A DNA stretch of 64,000 nucleotides from Mytilus trossulus. Lineage: Eukaryota. A program made the position numbers and the translations under genes. Below the pieces are notes generated by a model, which worked only from the letters and a program-made list of their open reading frames with translations, was not told the origin of the DNA and searched no databases. The first letter of the stretch is position 1. The number at the start of each line of letters is the position of its first letter. Below are positions 12,330-23,544 of this stretch, one piece after another. Where the stretch lies: contig NC_086380.1 of NCBI RefSeq assembly GCF_036588685.1, positions 4,898,001-4,962,000 of the forward strand, given 5' to 3'.

Positions 12330-13665
12330 TCACTGTTCATTAATAAGATATGCGGAAAACATGCTATAGTGCCTTCCCAGCATTGTTTCTTCGGCGTTGT
12401 TGTCGTGTTTTATGTAGATTGTTTCCCCTTCCTCCAGAAGCATTACACTATGTAGTGTTCCCGGGGAATAATCATGTCCAAATAGTCCGAATATGACTTG
12501 ATTGTTCTTAATGAGATGACAGTGTAAATTCATTCCTGCAGCGGACATGAAAGTGCCTGATACGAAGTACAATCCGTTTCTTGGAACTGTAAATACGCCT
12601 GTAATCGAATTATATGTATTGCCCACATTTAGCCATACTTGGTCAAATATTATTGTTTCTCTTGGTTTGGGATAAATATCTGTCTTCAATGATGCTGTAA
12701 ATGCAGGTCTTTCGTGTATTTGTCCAGTTTCTATATAAAAATAAAGATTATATTCACAGAACAAATGGATAGTTCTCAAATGACATAAAAGTGGTACAAG
12801 TCGGCTTCTGACCGCACGAAAAGGAATTACTGATTCCAGAAAGTCGAACCTTACAATATTACTCGGATTAAAAATGTTTGGCTTTGAGCGTTCCTGATGA
12901 AGGTAAATCCAGAAAAGCGCGTCGCACGCATTAAATTATTAAACGTGTTGTTCTCAATTATTTTTTTTATTATCATTACATTACAAACTTTGTTTTATGA
13001 TTACACTAATTAAGGAGCATTCTAAAAACATGACGTGAATATTAAAAAAGCAGTGTGGAACAGTCCATACTTAAGTCAGGTGATGAATATTATAATTTTA
13101 CTAAAACTTTGTCCACCCTTTTTAACATTTAAAAAAAAAATTAAGATTCCAAACATATTTTACCAAGTATCAATCGATACAAAAAGGAAAATCTAACACT
13201 AGATTTTCAAGATGAAGCTACCAAAACATTAAGTGTTCTTACGTAAAATCGTAAAAATACTGAACGCAAAGGAAAATTCAAAACGAAAAATCCCAAATCA
13301 AATAGCAATATCAAAACTTCAACATTCAAAAACGAATGGACAAACCCAAGTTTAGCGTTGACAACATTGTTTTTTACTGATTATGTTTAAACATTTTACT
13401 TACCATATCCAATATCTTCGATGACTGCCGTTTTTATCATTGGAACTCTCTGGTCAGTAGCCTCCTTAACTGTCTTTATGATATAGTCCTTCAACACATG
13501 GTTTAGTTTAGAAGTGTCAAAAAGAGCTACCAAAGGCATCTGCTGATTGTCCAAAAGGGAAACCTCTACCGTAGAGTTTTTGTCGGGATCCTGTGATCCA
13601 TTCATTGATTGAACGTAACTAATTAGCATGATCATCAAGAATAGATATAGGATCGTTTGGTCCAT
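12330..13665 (-). CDS. Secreted C1q-domain-containing protein 2 (220 aa)
   Basis: Exon 1 13665-13404 (MDQTILYLFLMIMLISYVQS...), phase-1 intron, exon 2 12730-12330 with a complete gC1q domain. Closest paralogue of gene 1 (identical exon sizes, 262+401 nt). Confidence 0.93.
12888..12929 (+). ncRNA. Degenerate type I hammerhead ribozyme, family H2 (intronic, antisense to C1q gene 2)
   Basis: GCGTTC-CTGATGA(12894-12900)-AGGTAAATCCA-GAAA(12912-12915)-AGCGC-GTC-GCACGC, with mismatches in stems I and III. A 3' remnant of the same family (CTTCGGACGCA...) is at ~22695. Confidence 0.55.
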
Positions 13666-13785
13666 TTTGAATTTAAACCAATATGTACAATAGAAAACCC
13701 GCCTTGAACGTGTTCCTCTCGTCACTAACGTGTTTAAGGTTGTTGATATCGTGCCTATGAGTGGCCGTTCATGTCATTTGCGCGA

Positions 13786-14070
13786 TTATATACGCGTATA
13801 TAATTTTCAACGCGTATATATACGCGTATATTGTGGTTTTCAACGCGTATATTGTGGTTTTCAACGCGTATATTGTGGTTTTCAACGCGTATATTATCGT
13901 TTTATACGCGTATATTGTTAAAATAAACACGTTTATACTTTATTCCAATTTATTTATCATATACGCGTTAATATACGCGTTATTTGCATAAATATACGCG
14001 TTAATATACGCGTTAATATACGCGTTATTTGTGTTAATATACGCGTAAGAAATCATTATATACGCGTTAA
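13786..14070. repeat. CpG-rich minisatellite built on the palindromic core ACGCGT
   Basis: Repeated ACGCGTATATTGTGGTTTTCA units, then ATATACGCGTTA units. Confidence 0.85.
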
Positions 14071-14350
14071 TAAACATTCGTTTGTCTTATTGTTTTAACC
14101 AATGAAAGCTGCGTTCTTAAACTGGTTTGTATTTTAAAATCAATCGGGTCCAGGACCAATCCAGTATATCTTATCAAAATCCTTCGTTTTTAATTCAATT
14201 TTCTATGTGCATACAACTAGAATAATTAAAGATGATAAATATATATTTCCGATTATTTAATATATTTTTTCAGCATTTGTTTTCGTATTTTTCTAGATAT
14301 ACACAATTGCATGTTTGTAGTTTAATAATTATTGTGTCTGTATTGAAAAA

Positions 14351-14477
14351 AGGTGTTTCGGTTATGGTCATGTTGACCTAGGCTTATCCTCGTCAGGTAT
14401 CCCTAGCCTATTTGTTTCTTCCTTTGTAATATGTAGAATAGTTTAAATTTGATTTCTCTTATTGGGATACGACACCT
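14351..14477 (-). ncRNA. Type III hammerhead ribozyme
   Basis: Minus strand: AGGTGTC / GTATCCC / 60-nt loop / GGGATAC / CTGACGA / stem II / GAAACACCT. Stem I is 7 perfect bp, stem III is 6 perfect bp, and the core is intact. Predicted GUC cleavage between 14471 and 14470. Confidence 0.88.
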
Positions 14478-14603
14478 GTTATACGTTTTAGTTCGTTTCT
14501 TTCTTTTTTATGTTTCATCTGTTATTTTGTTATTTATTTCTCTTCTAATATTTTAGCAGTGTTAAAATTTAATATGTGTGATATTTTTATCTTTTATTTG
14601 ATT

Positions 14604-15339
14604 TTAAATTATCACACTATTTTCTATTTTAGAATTCGTTAAATATTCTTTTAGATTTCTATGTTTTTTGTACGCAATAATTGGTGGTTTTGGAAACATC
14701 GTTTTAGTATTCCTGTTTTGTTCGATTAGGTGCCAATGTTTCCTTAACGCTCTTCCGATTCCTTTAAATGCTGGGTTAAATCTAGTTGCAAAAACGAGTG
14801 GTGGAGCCGCTTTCTTATTTTTATAATTGTATTTCAAAGTTTGTTTCCTTTCTCGTTTTGTTGTATTAGTTATAATGTTGTCAATCTCATTTTCGTAATG
14901 TCCTCTTTTAAGAAGTTTAGACTTAAAAAACTGGACTTCTCTATTGAAGTCATTTATGTTATTGCAAGATCTTCTAAAACGAATAATTTCTGCAGTAATA
15001 AATTCTTTGAAATTATTCGTTTTAGAAGATCTTGCAATAACATAAATGACTTCAATAGAGAAGTCCAGTTTTTTAAGTCTAAACTTCTTAAAAGAGGACA
15101 TTACGAAAATGAGATTGACAACATTATAACTAATACAACAAAACGAGAAAGGAAACAAACTTTGAAATACAATTATAAAAATAAGAAAGCGGCTCCACCA
15201 CTCGTTTTTGCAACTAGATTTAACCCAGCATTTAAAGGAATCGGAAGAGCGTTAAGGAAACATTGGCACCTAATCGAACAAAACAGGAATACTAAAACGA
15301 TGTTTCCAAAACCACCAATTATTGCGTACAAAAAACATA
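14604..15339 (-). mobile_element. Penelope-like retroelement RT C-terminal fragment with fold-back inversion
   Basis: Translates FITAEIIRFRRSCNN...LLKRG...PLVFATRFNP...LRKHWHLIEQ...FPKPPIIAYKKHRNLKEYL, a PLE thumb/linker-type signature. Arms 14660-14990 and 15009-15339 are reverse complements, which is why the ORF track shows the same peptide on both strands. Confidence 0.8.
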
Positions 15340-18039
15340 AGGGGGGTCATTAAAAAAACTATCTGAATTAAGTTTTTTATCCTACATTGAACTTTTGATG
15401 TTGTCCCTAATGTGTTGTCCTCTTGAAGAAATGAATTCATTAGGCAAGAAGTTTAAAAATTGAGGTTTTACACTTAAGATAATTGAAATCGCATACTTTA
15501 AGAAAGAAGATTTGATGAAGCACTTGTCAGAAAAGAGAATACGTCCTGTTTATATAACATATTTTGATGCTAACAGTTACTACACCTTACCGAAAATACT
15601 GATTATTTTCTTTCAAATGAGTGAAAAATTCGACTTCCAATAAAAATGTTGCTATGCATAATATTGTAGCCTTAATTCAGGTACTGTGTTGATTCTTTTC
15701 CATCAAAATGTGTTTCCTGCAGTCAATTCACATATACAGGAACAATGAGACGTGGAACGATTGCCTATGAGATAACTATCCACCAAAGTTCAAATGAAGT
15801 GGTTGTAAGCAATTATAGGCAACCATATGGCCTTCAACAATGTGAAAACCTCTTACCATATAGTCGGCTATTAAAAATTTCCACCTAAGAGAAATATTAA
15901 ACAATTAAATTGAGGAAACTTAGGGCTTAATCTATAACTAAACAATTACAAAAAGACTCAGGACAGACACACTAGTCTCTCCATACAATGATTGACAATA
16001 TTTTCTTGTAAGAATAGTTTTGTGTTTTGATTTTCGGCAAAGACAGTTATATGTAAAGTTTCAATGTTCTCTTATAATACAGGTAAATCTTATAGCCGAA
16101 CGTGTGAGGCTGTATAACCAGTCAAGGTAAATACAAATTACCATTATCGTGTATCTTATTTGTCGACTTTAAATGATTTCATAACAAGATAAGAGATCAT
16201 TTAAATTGCATAATCTAGTAAAGGAGATGCATTATAAGTGTTCACTGTTGATGATATGTATGATATGTACTTTGCATACGTGAGAATAACCTCCGTTATA
16301 CAACCCACTCTAAGTACTATAAGTTTTTACTAGACCTAAACATTATTATCCGAATGCTGGTTGTTTGCATCTAAAAAGGAGAAAAAAAACATACTATTAG
16401 TGTTTACTGTTGATGAAGTGTATGACATGTACTTTATATAAGTAAGAACAACCTTCGTTATAAAACTCACTATATGGAAGTTTTTACTAGACCTAAGCGT
16501 AAATATCCGGTTGCTGGTTGTTTTAATCTATATAGGAGAAAACCATGCTATCCGATAACAAATACATGCATGTCTAGTGACAACTATAATAGTACATTAA
16601 TCTAGGGAGTGTATAGATTGTTATTCTTCAAACAGTTTGAAATTAAAATCAAAGATTCCAGGCTTATATCGATTAGAATGCTGAAGGCCGTACTGTAACC
16701 TATCATGGTTAAATTTTATGAATTGTTACTTCGATTAAGATTTGTCGCATTGGCACTCATATCACATGTTCTTTATATATTTATTATTATTGTGTACGTA
16801 AGAACGTCCAGTGGGAGAGAAGGCCTGTTACGATGAATGCCACACATTTGATCGTTAGGAAGCTCTTGCAACAACTCTCTAATGAGTCATTGTGCTCCCT
16901 GTTGTACGACAACTGTAGGAAGCATACAATAAGGCATTACTCAGTCTTTGAAGTCGAAAAAATAGTATTATTTAGGTTATGTTTCAAATTGTACTCGTGA
17001 GTACAAAAATTTCAGCAAAAAATTAAACCTTTATTTTTTCATTACAAATTTTATTTATTACACTATTAGTTATTACTTTATGATATGGTACAAAAATCAA
17101 CCCAAAAGATCGATTCGGTTTGACCCCAGATGACTTTTAAAGTTTTAAAATGTTTATATCATTGAAAAGGCTCTAAATTATCTCCCTTTGGTGCAAAAAT
17201 GCAATTTTTTGGCTTTAAATTTGAAATATCTTTTTTAACTCATCAGTGACCAATATTGTTTATCATTGTTTTCAAATAAGCTGTACATAAACTAAATAAT
17301 TGTAAAATTTAAGCGATTTCTTATATAAGGTTATTTTTTATTTCGAAATTACCTCAATTTCGCCTATTAGTTCAACAGAAAAAAAGGACATTAACAAATA
17401 GTATGCTTCTTGCGGAGTCAGATTGTGAGCTTAAATGAACGGTGACCCCATTTTTTTATTTTCTTTTTCTTTTAAGTATATGATAAAGTTTATTTATAAA
17501 AAGATATAGCAAAATCCTTAATTACTTCGATGAATAAACAGGAAGATAGAATCTGCCACAACCTTTCAAAAAAACAATCCGTTGTGATTTAACTAAGATG
17601 CAAAACAAATTGAAGATAAGTAGTGAACCAAGATATCATCCTTCTACTTTACCACCTTTGTAAAAGACATCTATTAGCGAATATATTAATGGGTAAAGTC
17701 TTAGATGGTTCAAATTAAAAGTGTCTCTAGTCTTGAAATGATTATCTGTAGATTATATTTCGTTGTTCATATCTTTTTCAAGGCGATTATATTTAATTAA
17801 TTAATTAACCGGTGCAATAAAATCACAGTACTAGACCTTCTTCTTTCTATCCTTATTCTAAATACTTCATGTTGCATCAAATGAAAAATGTGTGTTTAGT
17901 TCTCGTCCTGATTATAGGTGGAATATTTAGCTCTAAACGTTAGGCAAGTGCCAATCAGTCAATCAATCAAGGTGGAAAATACCGGATATTTTTTTTTGTA
18001 TTTAAACATAGCTTGTGTAGATCATATTTTTACCACGTA

Positions 18040-19981
18040 TTAGCTTCCATCAATTTCATTTTCACTTATTAGATATGCAGAAAACATGCTCCAGTGATTT
18101 CCGTAAATTTGTTCACCGTCTTTATTGTCGTCATGTTTAGCATAAATTATGTCCCCTTTCTTCAAGGCCATTACAGTGTTTAGAGTTCCCGTAGAATAGT
18201 TAGTTCCAAACATTCCTACATCTGATTGGTTGTTCTTCCAGAGATGACAGTGTAAATGTATTCCTCCTGTGGCCATAACAGTACTTGAAACTAAGTACAG
18301 CCCGTTTCGTGGAACCATAAACACGCCTGTAGTAGGATTATACACATTGCCCATATTCAGCCATACCTTGTCAAATTTGAGTACTTCATTTGATTGGAGA
18401 GTTAAAGATGATGTCAGCGATGCTGTAAATGCAGGTCTTTCCTGGTTTCGTCCAGGTTCTTTGAAATAAATATTAAAAATTGTAAGAATAGTCTTGAATG
18501 AAATGTAAATTCAGTATATTTATGTCTTTATAACTGTTAATCAACAAATAAACACCTACAACAGTAACAACGTTGTCTCTCCATAAAACCATGTTAGTTA
18601 TATATATAAAGTGTTACGATACTGGATAGTTTTTAGATAGATTTATTCATTAATCATATAAATGAACTGGCACTTACATTGCAAATTTTGCTGAAACATT
18701 TATTCGTTTGTGCCTAAAAAACATTTTTCCAAGGTTTAAAACTAAGATTTTGGCTTTGACATGGACATCAACAGATGATAGTAAAATTCGACAAAAACAA
18801 ATACAAAAATGACTTCATTACAAAAAAAAATATACATTTATTCTGAGCCCTTATGCTTATCAAATACCTGTATCGTTTTTAAAATTTGATATGGTATGTC
18901 AAATGACAAACCCTAGGTACTGGCATCAGATTTAAAGCACTGACATATAGAGAATAATAGTGCATTGACTTGACATATCAACGATATAAGGATGAGGCTT
19001 AGAAACGGGGAAATACGAGGCTATGCCTAGCTATTTCCCCGTTTCGGGCCGAATCCTTATATCGTTGATATGTCAAGTCAATGCACTATTATTGTCTTTA
19101 TACTGCAATCTAAAAAAAATACATTAACAATTGTTGTTGAATGTGTTAATGTTTAATGTTGGTGAACTTCCCCCTTTTATAAAAAGGCCTCATATCATGC
19201 AGGCGGGGAAATATACAACACGGTGAAATCGACATTACCTGTTGAAATTCGCTATCGATGGTAACCGAATTGGTTTAAGAATGAACTGAAATATCAACAG
19301 TAAGCATAGAACATAATGATTTATATAGTTTGCAGACCAAAAATATAAACAAGTGAAATGTTTTTTTAATAAAATTTGCAAAAGAAATAAATTGAATAGG
19401 TCGTATGAATAATTAATTATAATTTCGAAAATTTCTATTTAAATATTCATGAGGAAAAGTGATATCATGTCAGTGACTGTATATGACATAAAAATATACG
19501 GTCAACACATTTTGACTGCTCAAATAGAACGAGTGCAGTATAAATTATAATATTACAACTTCCTAAACAACACTTATCTATAAGAGTATAGCTTAAATCC
19601 TTCGATTCAAACTTTAAGAAACTGTTTTAACAGGTGAATACAATGTTTGATTAGATTTTGTGGATAATGATTTGCATTAATATATCAAATTTCTACTGAT
19701 TATGTATCTTTTTTTTTCTTACCATATCCAATATCTTCGATGACAGCCGTTTTTATAACTGGAATTCTCTGGTCAGTAGCTGCCTCAACGGTCTTTATAA
19801 TATAGTCCTTCAGCACTTGGTTTAGTTTAGTAGTGTCAAAAAGAGCCACTAAAGGCATCTGCTGGTTGTCCAGAAGTGGTACCTCCACTGTGGAGTTTTG
19901 TGTAGTTCCCTGTGACGTCATTGACTGAACGCAACTCATTAGCATGAAGAAAAAAATGAGATGCAACTTTCGTTGTTCCAT
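18040..19981 (-). CDS. Secreted C1q-domain-containing protein 3 (225 aa)
   Basis: Exon 1 19981-19723, phase-1 intron, exon 2 18458-18040 (RPAFTAS...FDKVWLNMGNVYNPTTGVFMVPRNGLY...FSAYLI). Confidence 0.93.
18953..19544. mobile_element. Non-autonomous element: 140-bp hairpin plus IR-bounded segment (intron of C1q gene 3)
   Basis: Palindrome at 18953-19093, then TTTATACTGCA ... TGCAGTATAAA. Confidence 0.6.
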
Positions 19982-21120
19982 TTGAACTGGATATCAATAT
20001 GAATAAGAAGATTGTTTATTGAAGACAGACTCGCTCATGCGCTTCTTTTGAGACAAATTTCTTTAAGTTCATAAAGTGTGTGATGATCAAATAAATGATA
20101 CAGGAAAGACGAAGGTTAAGTATCACACTAATTTAGAGTGGTGATCTATATTTTCGTATTTTCTTCGTTACACAGCATCATGACACCGAAGCTACGCGAG
20201 ACATGCAAAGAAAACATAATGCACATCAGCTTGTGTACGCGGCCCATATTAAGTCATATCTGTGAGAAAATATGATCACGATGAAAGGGAATACCATCAT
20301 GTAATATTTTGTGAAGTGTCATACATGTACAACGTGAAATTGATAGTGTGTTTGAAAGTGTTCAATGTACAAAATCTTTAAAGGAATGTCATAGAATGTG
20401 TTAAATATAAAGTGTCTGTTTTACCAAATATAGTTTCATTAATTTCTTTATAAGTAGTAATCGCCACTATAAACTTGCGTTTTACGTTGTAAAACTGTGA
20501 TTTTATTTATTGTTATGCAAGATATCCTCTGAATTTAGAAAAAAATATATATAAACAAATGTTCAGTTGTCACAAGGCATGTTATAATTTTTTTTTACAA
20601 GACATATTTTAGTAAAACCTCTTTTCTTAGCCAACCCGTTGCTAAGATCTACATATCAATCTCCATATCTGGAACTGAAGCTGCCATTGCTAATTGTAGA
20701 TATTTTAAATAATTTTGTGTATTTCAATTTTAAGTGGGAAGTTAGCATTACCAAACATTTTCTTTCTGTCCCTTTCCTAAATACCACATTTTTAAATAGT
20801 AATCGAAATTTTTCGCACATCATCCTTGTCGATCTAACTTAGCACCTCTCTTCCTTTTCTCATTTTCATTCGAAGTTCATTCAGACATTTGTGAAATACA
20901 TGAAGACCAAAACAGCTAGATTATGTAATGTAAATACTAGTAGACATATCAATATAATGGAACTATAAACAACTGTCATACAATTGGAAGGTTAAGATAA
21001 CTATAATTGCGCAAAATGTCTGTACCAGGTCAGTTATAAGACAGTTGTTTTCTACTTGTTCCGTATATTGATAAAGTCTAAGGCTGTTTTTTTTCAGTTT
21101 TCGTGGACTTCCTTTCGTTT

Positions 21121-21825
21121 CTTAATTTACCTTATAGTAACTTCCCTTCTGTTCGTAATTTACCTTTGAATTACTTCCCTTCTTTTTGTAATTTATCTTG
21201 AAGTAACTTCCCTTCTTTTCTTAATTTACCTTTGAGTAACTTCCCTTCTGTTCGTAATTTACCTTGGAGTAACTTCCCTTCTTTTCTTAATTTACCTTGG
21301 AGTTACTTCCCTTCTTTTTGTAATTTACCTTGAAGTAACTTCCCTTCTTTTCTTAATTTACCTTGGAGTAACTTCCCTTCTTTTCTTAATTTACCTTGGA
21401 GTAACTTCCCTTCTTTTCTTAATTTACCTTGGAGTTACTTCCCTTCCTTTTGTAATTTACCTTGAAGTAACTTCCCTTCTTTTCTTAATTTACCTTGGAG
21501 TAACTTCCCTTCTTTTCTTAATTTACCTTGGAGTAACTTCCCTTCTTTTCGTAATTTACCTTGGAGTAACTTCCCTTCTTTTCGTAATTTACCTTTGAGT
21601 TACTTCCCTTCTTTTTGTAATTTACCTTGAAGTAACTTCCCTTCTTTTCTTAATTTACCTTGGAGTAACTTCCCTTTGTTTCGTAATTTACCTTGGAGTT
21701 ACCTCCCTTCTTTTCTTAATTTACCTTGGAGTAACTTCCCTTCTTTTCTTTATTTACCTTGGAGTTACTTCCATTCTTTTCTAATTTACCTTTGTGTTTG
21801 TTCCCTTTTCTTAATTTACCTTGAA
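21121..21825. repeat. 33-bp minisatellite, ~21 copies
   Basis: Unit TTAATTTACCTTGGAGTAACTTCCCTTCTTTTC. Confidence 0.95.
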
Positions 21826-22244
21826 GTTTTGTATTTTTGTTATACTTATTCTTTTTGTTCACGATTCTGCTCACTTCTTCGTAAACACAAATTGTGTGAT
21901 TGGGACATTTTTATCATTTATTATCATAGTTGGAGAATGCTTTTAGGATGCAACCTCGATGTTGTCTCTAAAGTTTCTTTTTTACCTCACATACGTATAT
22001 ATGTATATATCAATGACCAGTTCAAACTGCGTTTTATTAATATACAGAGCAAAACAATTCAAGATAAGCAAGTACAAAAAACATTTATTTCGTAATTCAA
22101 ATGCCTAAATGCAACTTCACTACATATTCCTCGTTCAGTGGTCATATTTCAAACTAAACCCCATTGTAGACAACCGTATACTAGTATGTCCAACAAAAAT
22201 AGCACCACAAAGATTAGAATTTTATTTAGGAGCAAATATTAATT

Positions 22245-23451
22245 TCAATTTATAAGATATCCAGAAAACATAGACCAATGACCTCCATATATAGACTCAT
22301 TATTATATACATCATGTTTTATATAGATTGTATCTCCTTTTCTTAATGCCATCACGGTATTCAGTGTTCCGGATGAGTAATCTGTTCCGAATGATCCAAC
22401 ATTTGACTCATTGTTCCTCCAAAGGTGACAGTGTAGGAATTTCCCCTTTGTTGACATAACGGTATTTGATATAAAGTAGATCCCATCTTTTGGTACTGTA
22501 AACACACCAGTTGAAGGCTCGTATCCGTTCCCAATATTTAACCATACTTTATCAAAAGTTAGAACTTCGTTCAGTCCGAGTGATTTTGACGAAGTCCTCG
22601 ATGCTGAGAAGGCTGGTTTTTCGTCTGTCCTTGAGAGGTCTGTAATATATATTTAACATTATATTTACGCTTTGATTCATAATTTCTACGGACTCTTCGG
22701 ACGCATGAATTTATAAAGTGTTATTTTGATTTTTTGCAAAGTTTGCAACATTAACACATTATTGACAAACAAAAATAAAGCATTATTCATTATTATTATT
22801 ATAAAATACAAAATGCTAAAAAATTAATCGAATATGATTGCTTACAGAAGCTGTTAATAACATATACAGATTCTAACACAATACCTCATTGGAGATGATA
22901 TGTATTCTACTCAAGAAGGGGAATGTCGAATTTCAAATACTATAGTAATTGATAAAAAAAGCGGGTGTTTACTTTTACAAATTGTGACTTGGAGGGAGAG
23001 TTGTCTCATTGGCACTTAAAATGGCACTTAAAATGGCAGTTGTTAACTTATATTTCGTTTCTGTGTCGTTTTGGTTGTTTGTTGCACTGAGGCGTTTCTT
23101 TTGTTTTCCTCTTATATTTGATGTGTTTCTCTCGGTTTTAGTTTGTGACCATTAGTATGTATTCTAAGTTAAAGACTTACCTTTGTTGATATCTTTCAAA
23201 AGATCATTTTTCATATTGGAAATTTTGTCTTCTGTTGTCTTTTCTACAGTTGAAGTGATATACGTTGTTAAAACTTTGTTGAGGTTTGTCGTGTCGAACA
23301 AGGCTACCAACGGCACATGCTGAATATCCAAGAGAGGTATTTGCACGGTTGAATTGTCCTTCCCATGCCCACTGCAGAATCCCAGAATCCATATCAACAA
23401 TATACTCAATAATTCAAAATATGAAGCCGTCAAATACTTTGCCATTGTCAT
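22245..23451 (-). CDS. Secreted C1q-domain-containing protein 4 (221 aa)
   Basis: Exon 1 23451-23181, phase-1 intron, exon 2 22639-22245 (KPAFSAS...FDKVWLNIGNGYEPSTGVFTVPKDGIY...FSGYLIN). Confidence 0.93.
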
Positions 23452-23533
23452 AGGTCCTGCCGAATTACTTTTTTTCTACGTATGATTCTACGTTATGATG
23501 ACCGAGAAAATTAACATGTGGAGAGGTTACAGT

Positions 23534-23544
23534 GGGGACTTTCT
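23534..23544. promoter_or_regulatory. Candidate NF-kB site upstream of C1q gene 4
   Basis: GGGGACTTTCT, one mismatch from canonical GGGACTTTCC, ~85 nt upstream of the ATG. Confidence 0.35.

Noticed and set aside
13666-13725. 20-aa N-terminal extension of C1q gene 2
   Set aside because: It starts at a non-ATG codon; the paralogues start at MDQ/MEQ, which begins the signal peptide.
13730-13991. Repetitive ORFs (RVYCGFQ / NAYIVVF)
   Set aside because: Translations of the ACGCGT minisatellite.
14841-15353. 170-aa plus-strand ORF as a gene
   Set aside because: It is the mirror image of the PLE fragment created by the palindrome, and its N-terminal part is antisense translation.
21121-21825. CRISPR-like array, or the 139-aa ORF at 21676
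   Set aside because: Head-to-tail 33-mers with no unique spacers, in a eukaryotic context; the ORF derives from the repeat.
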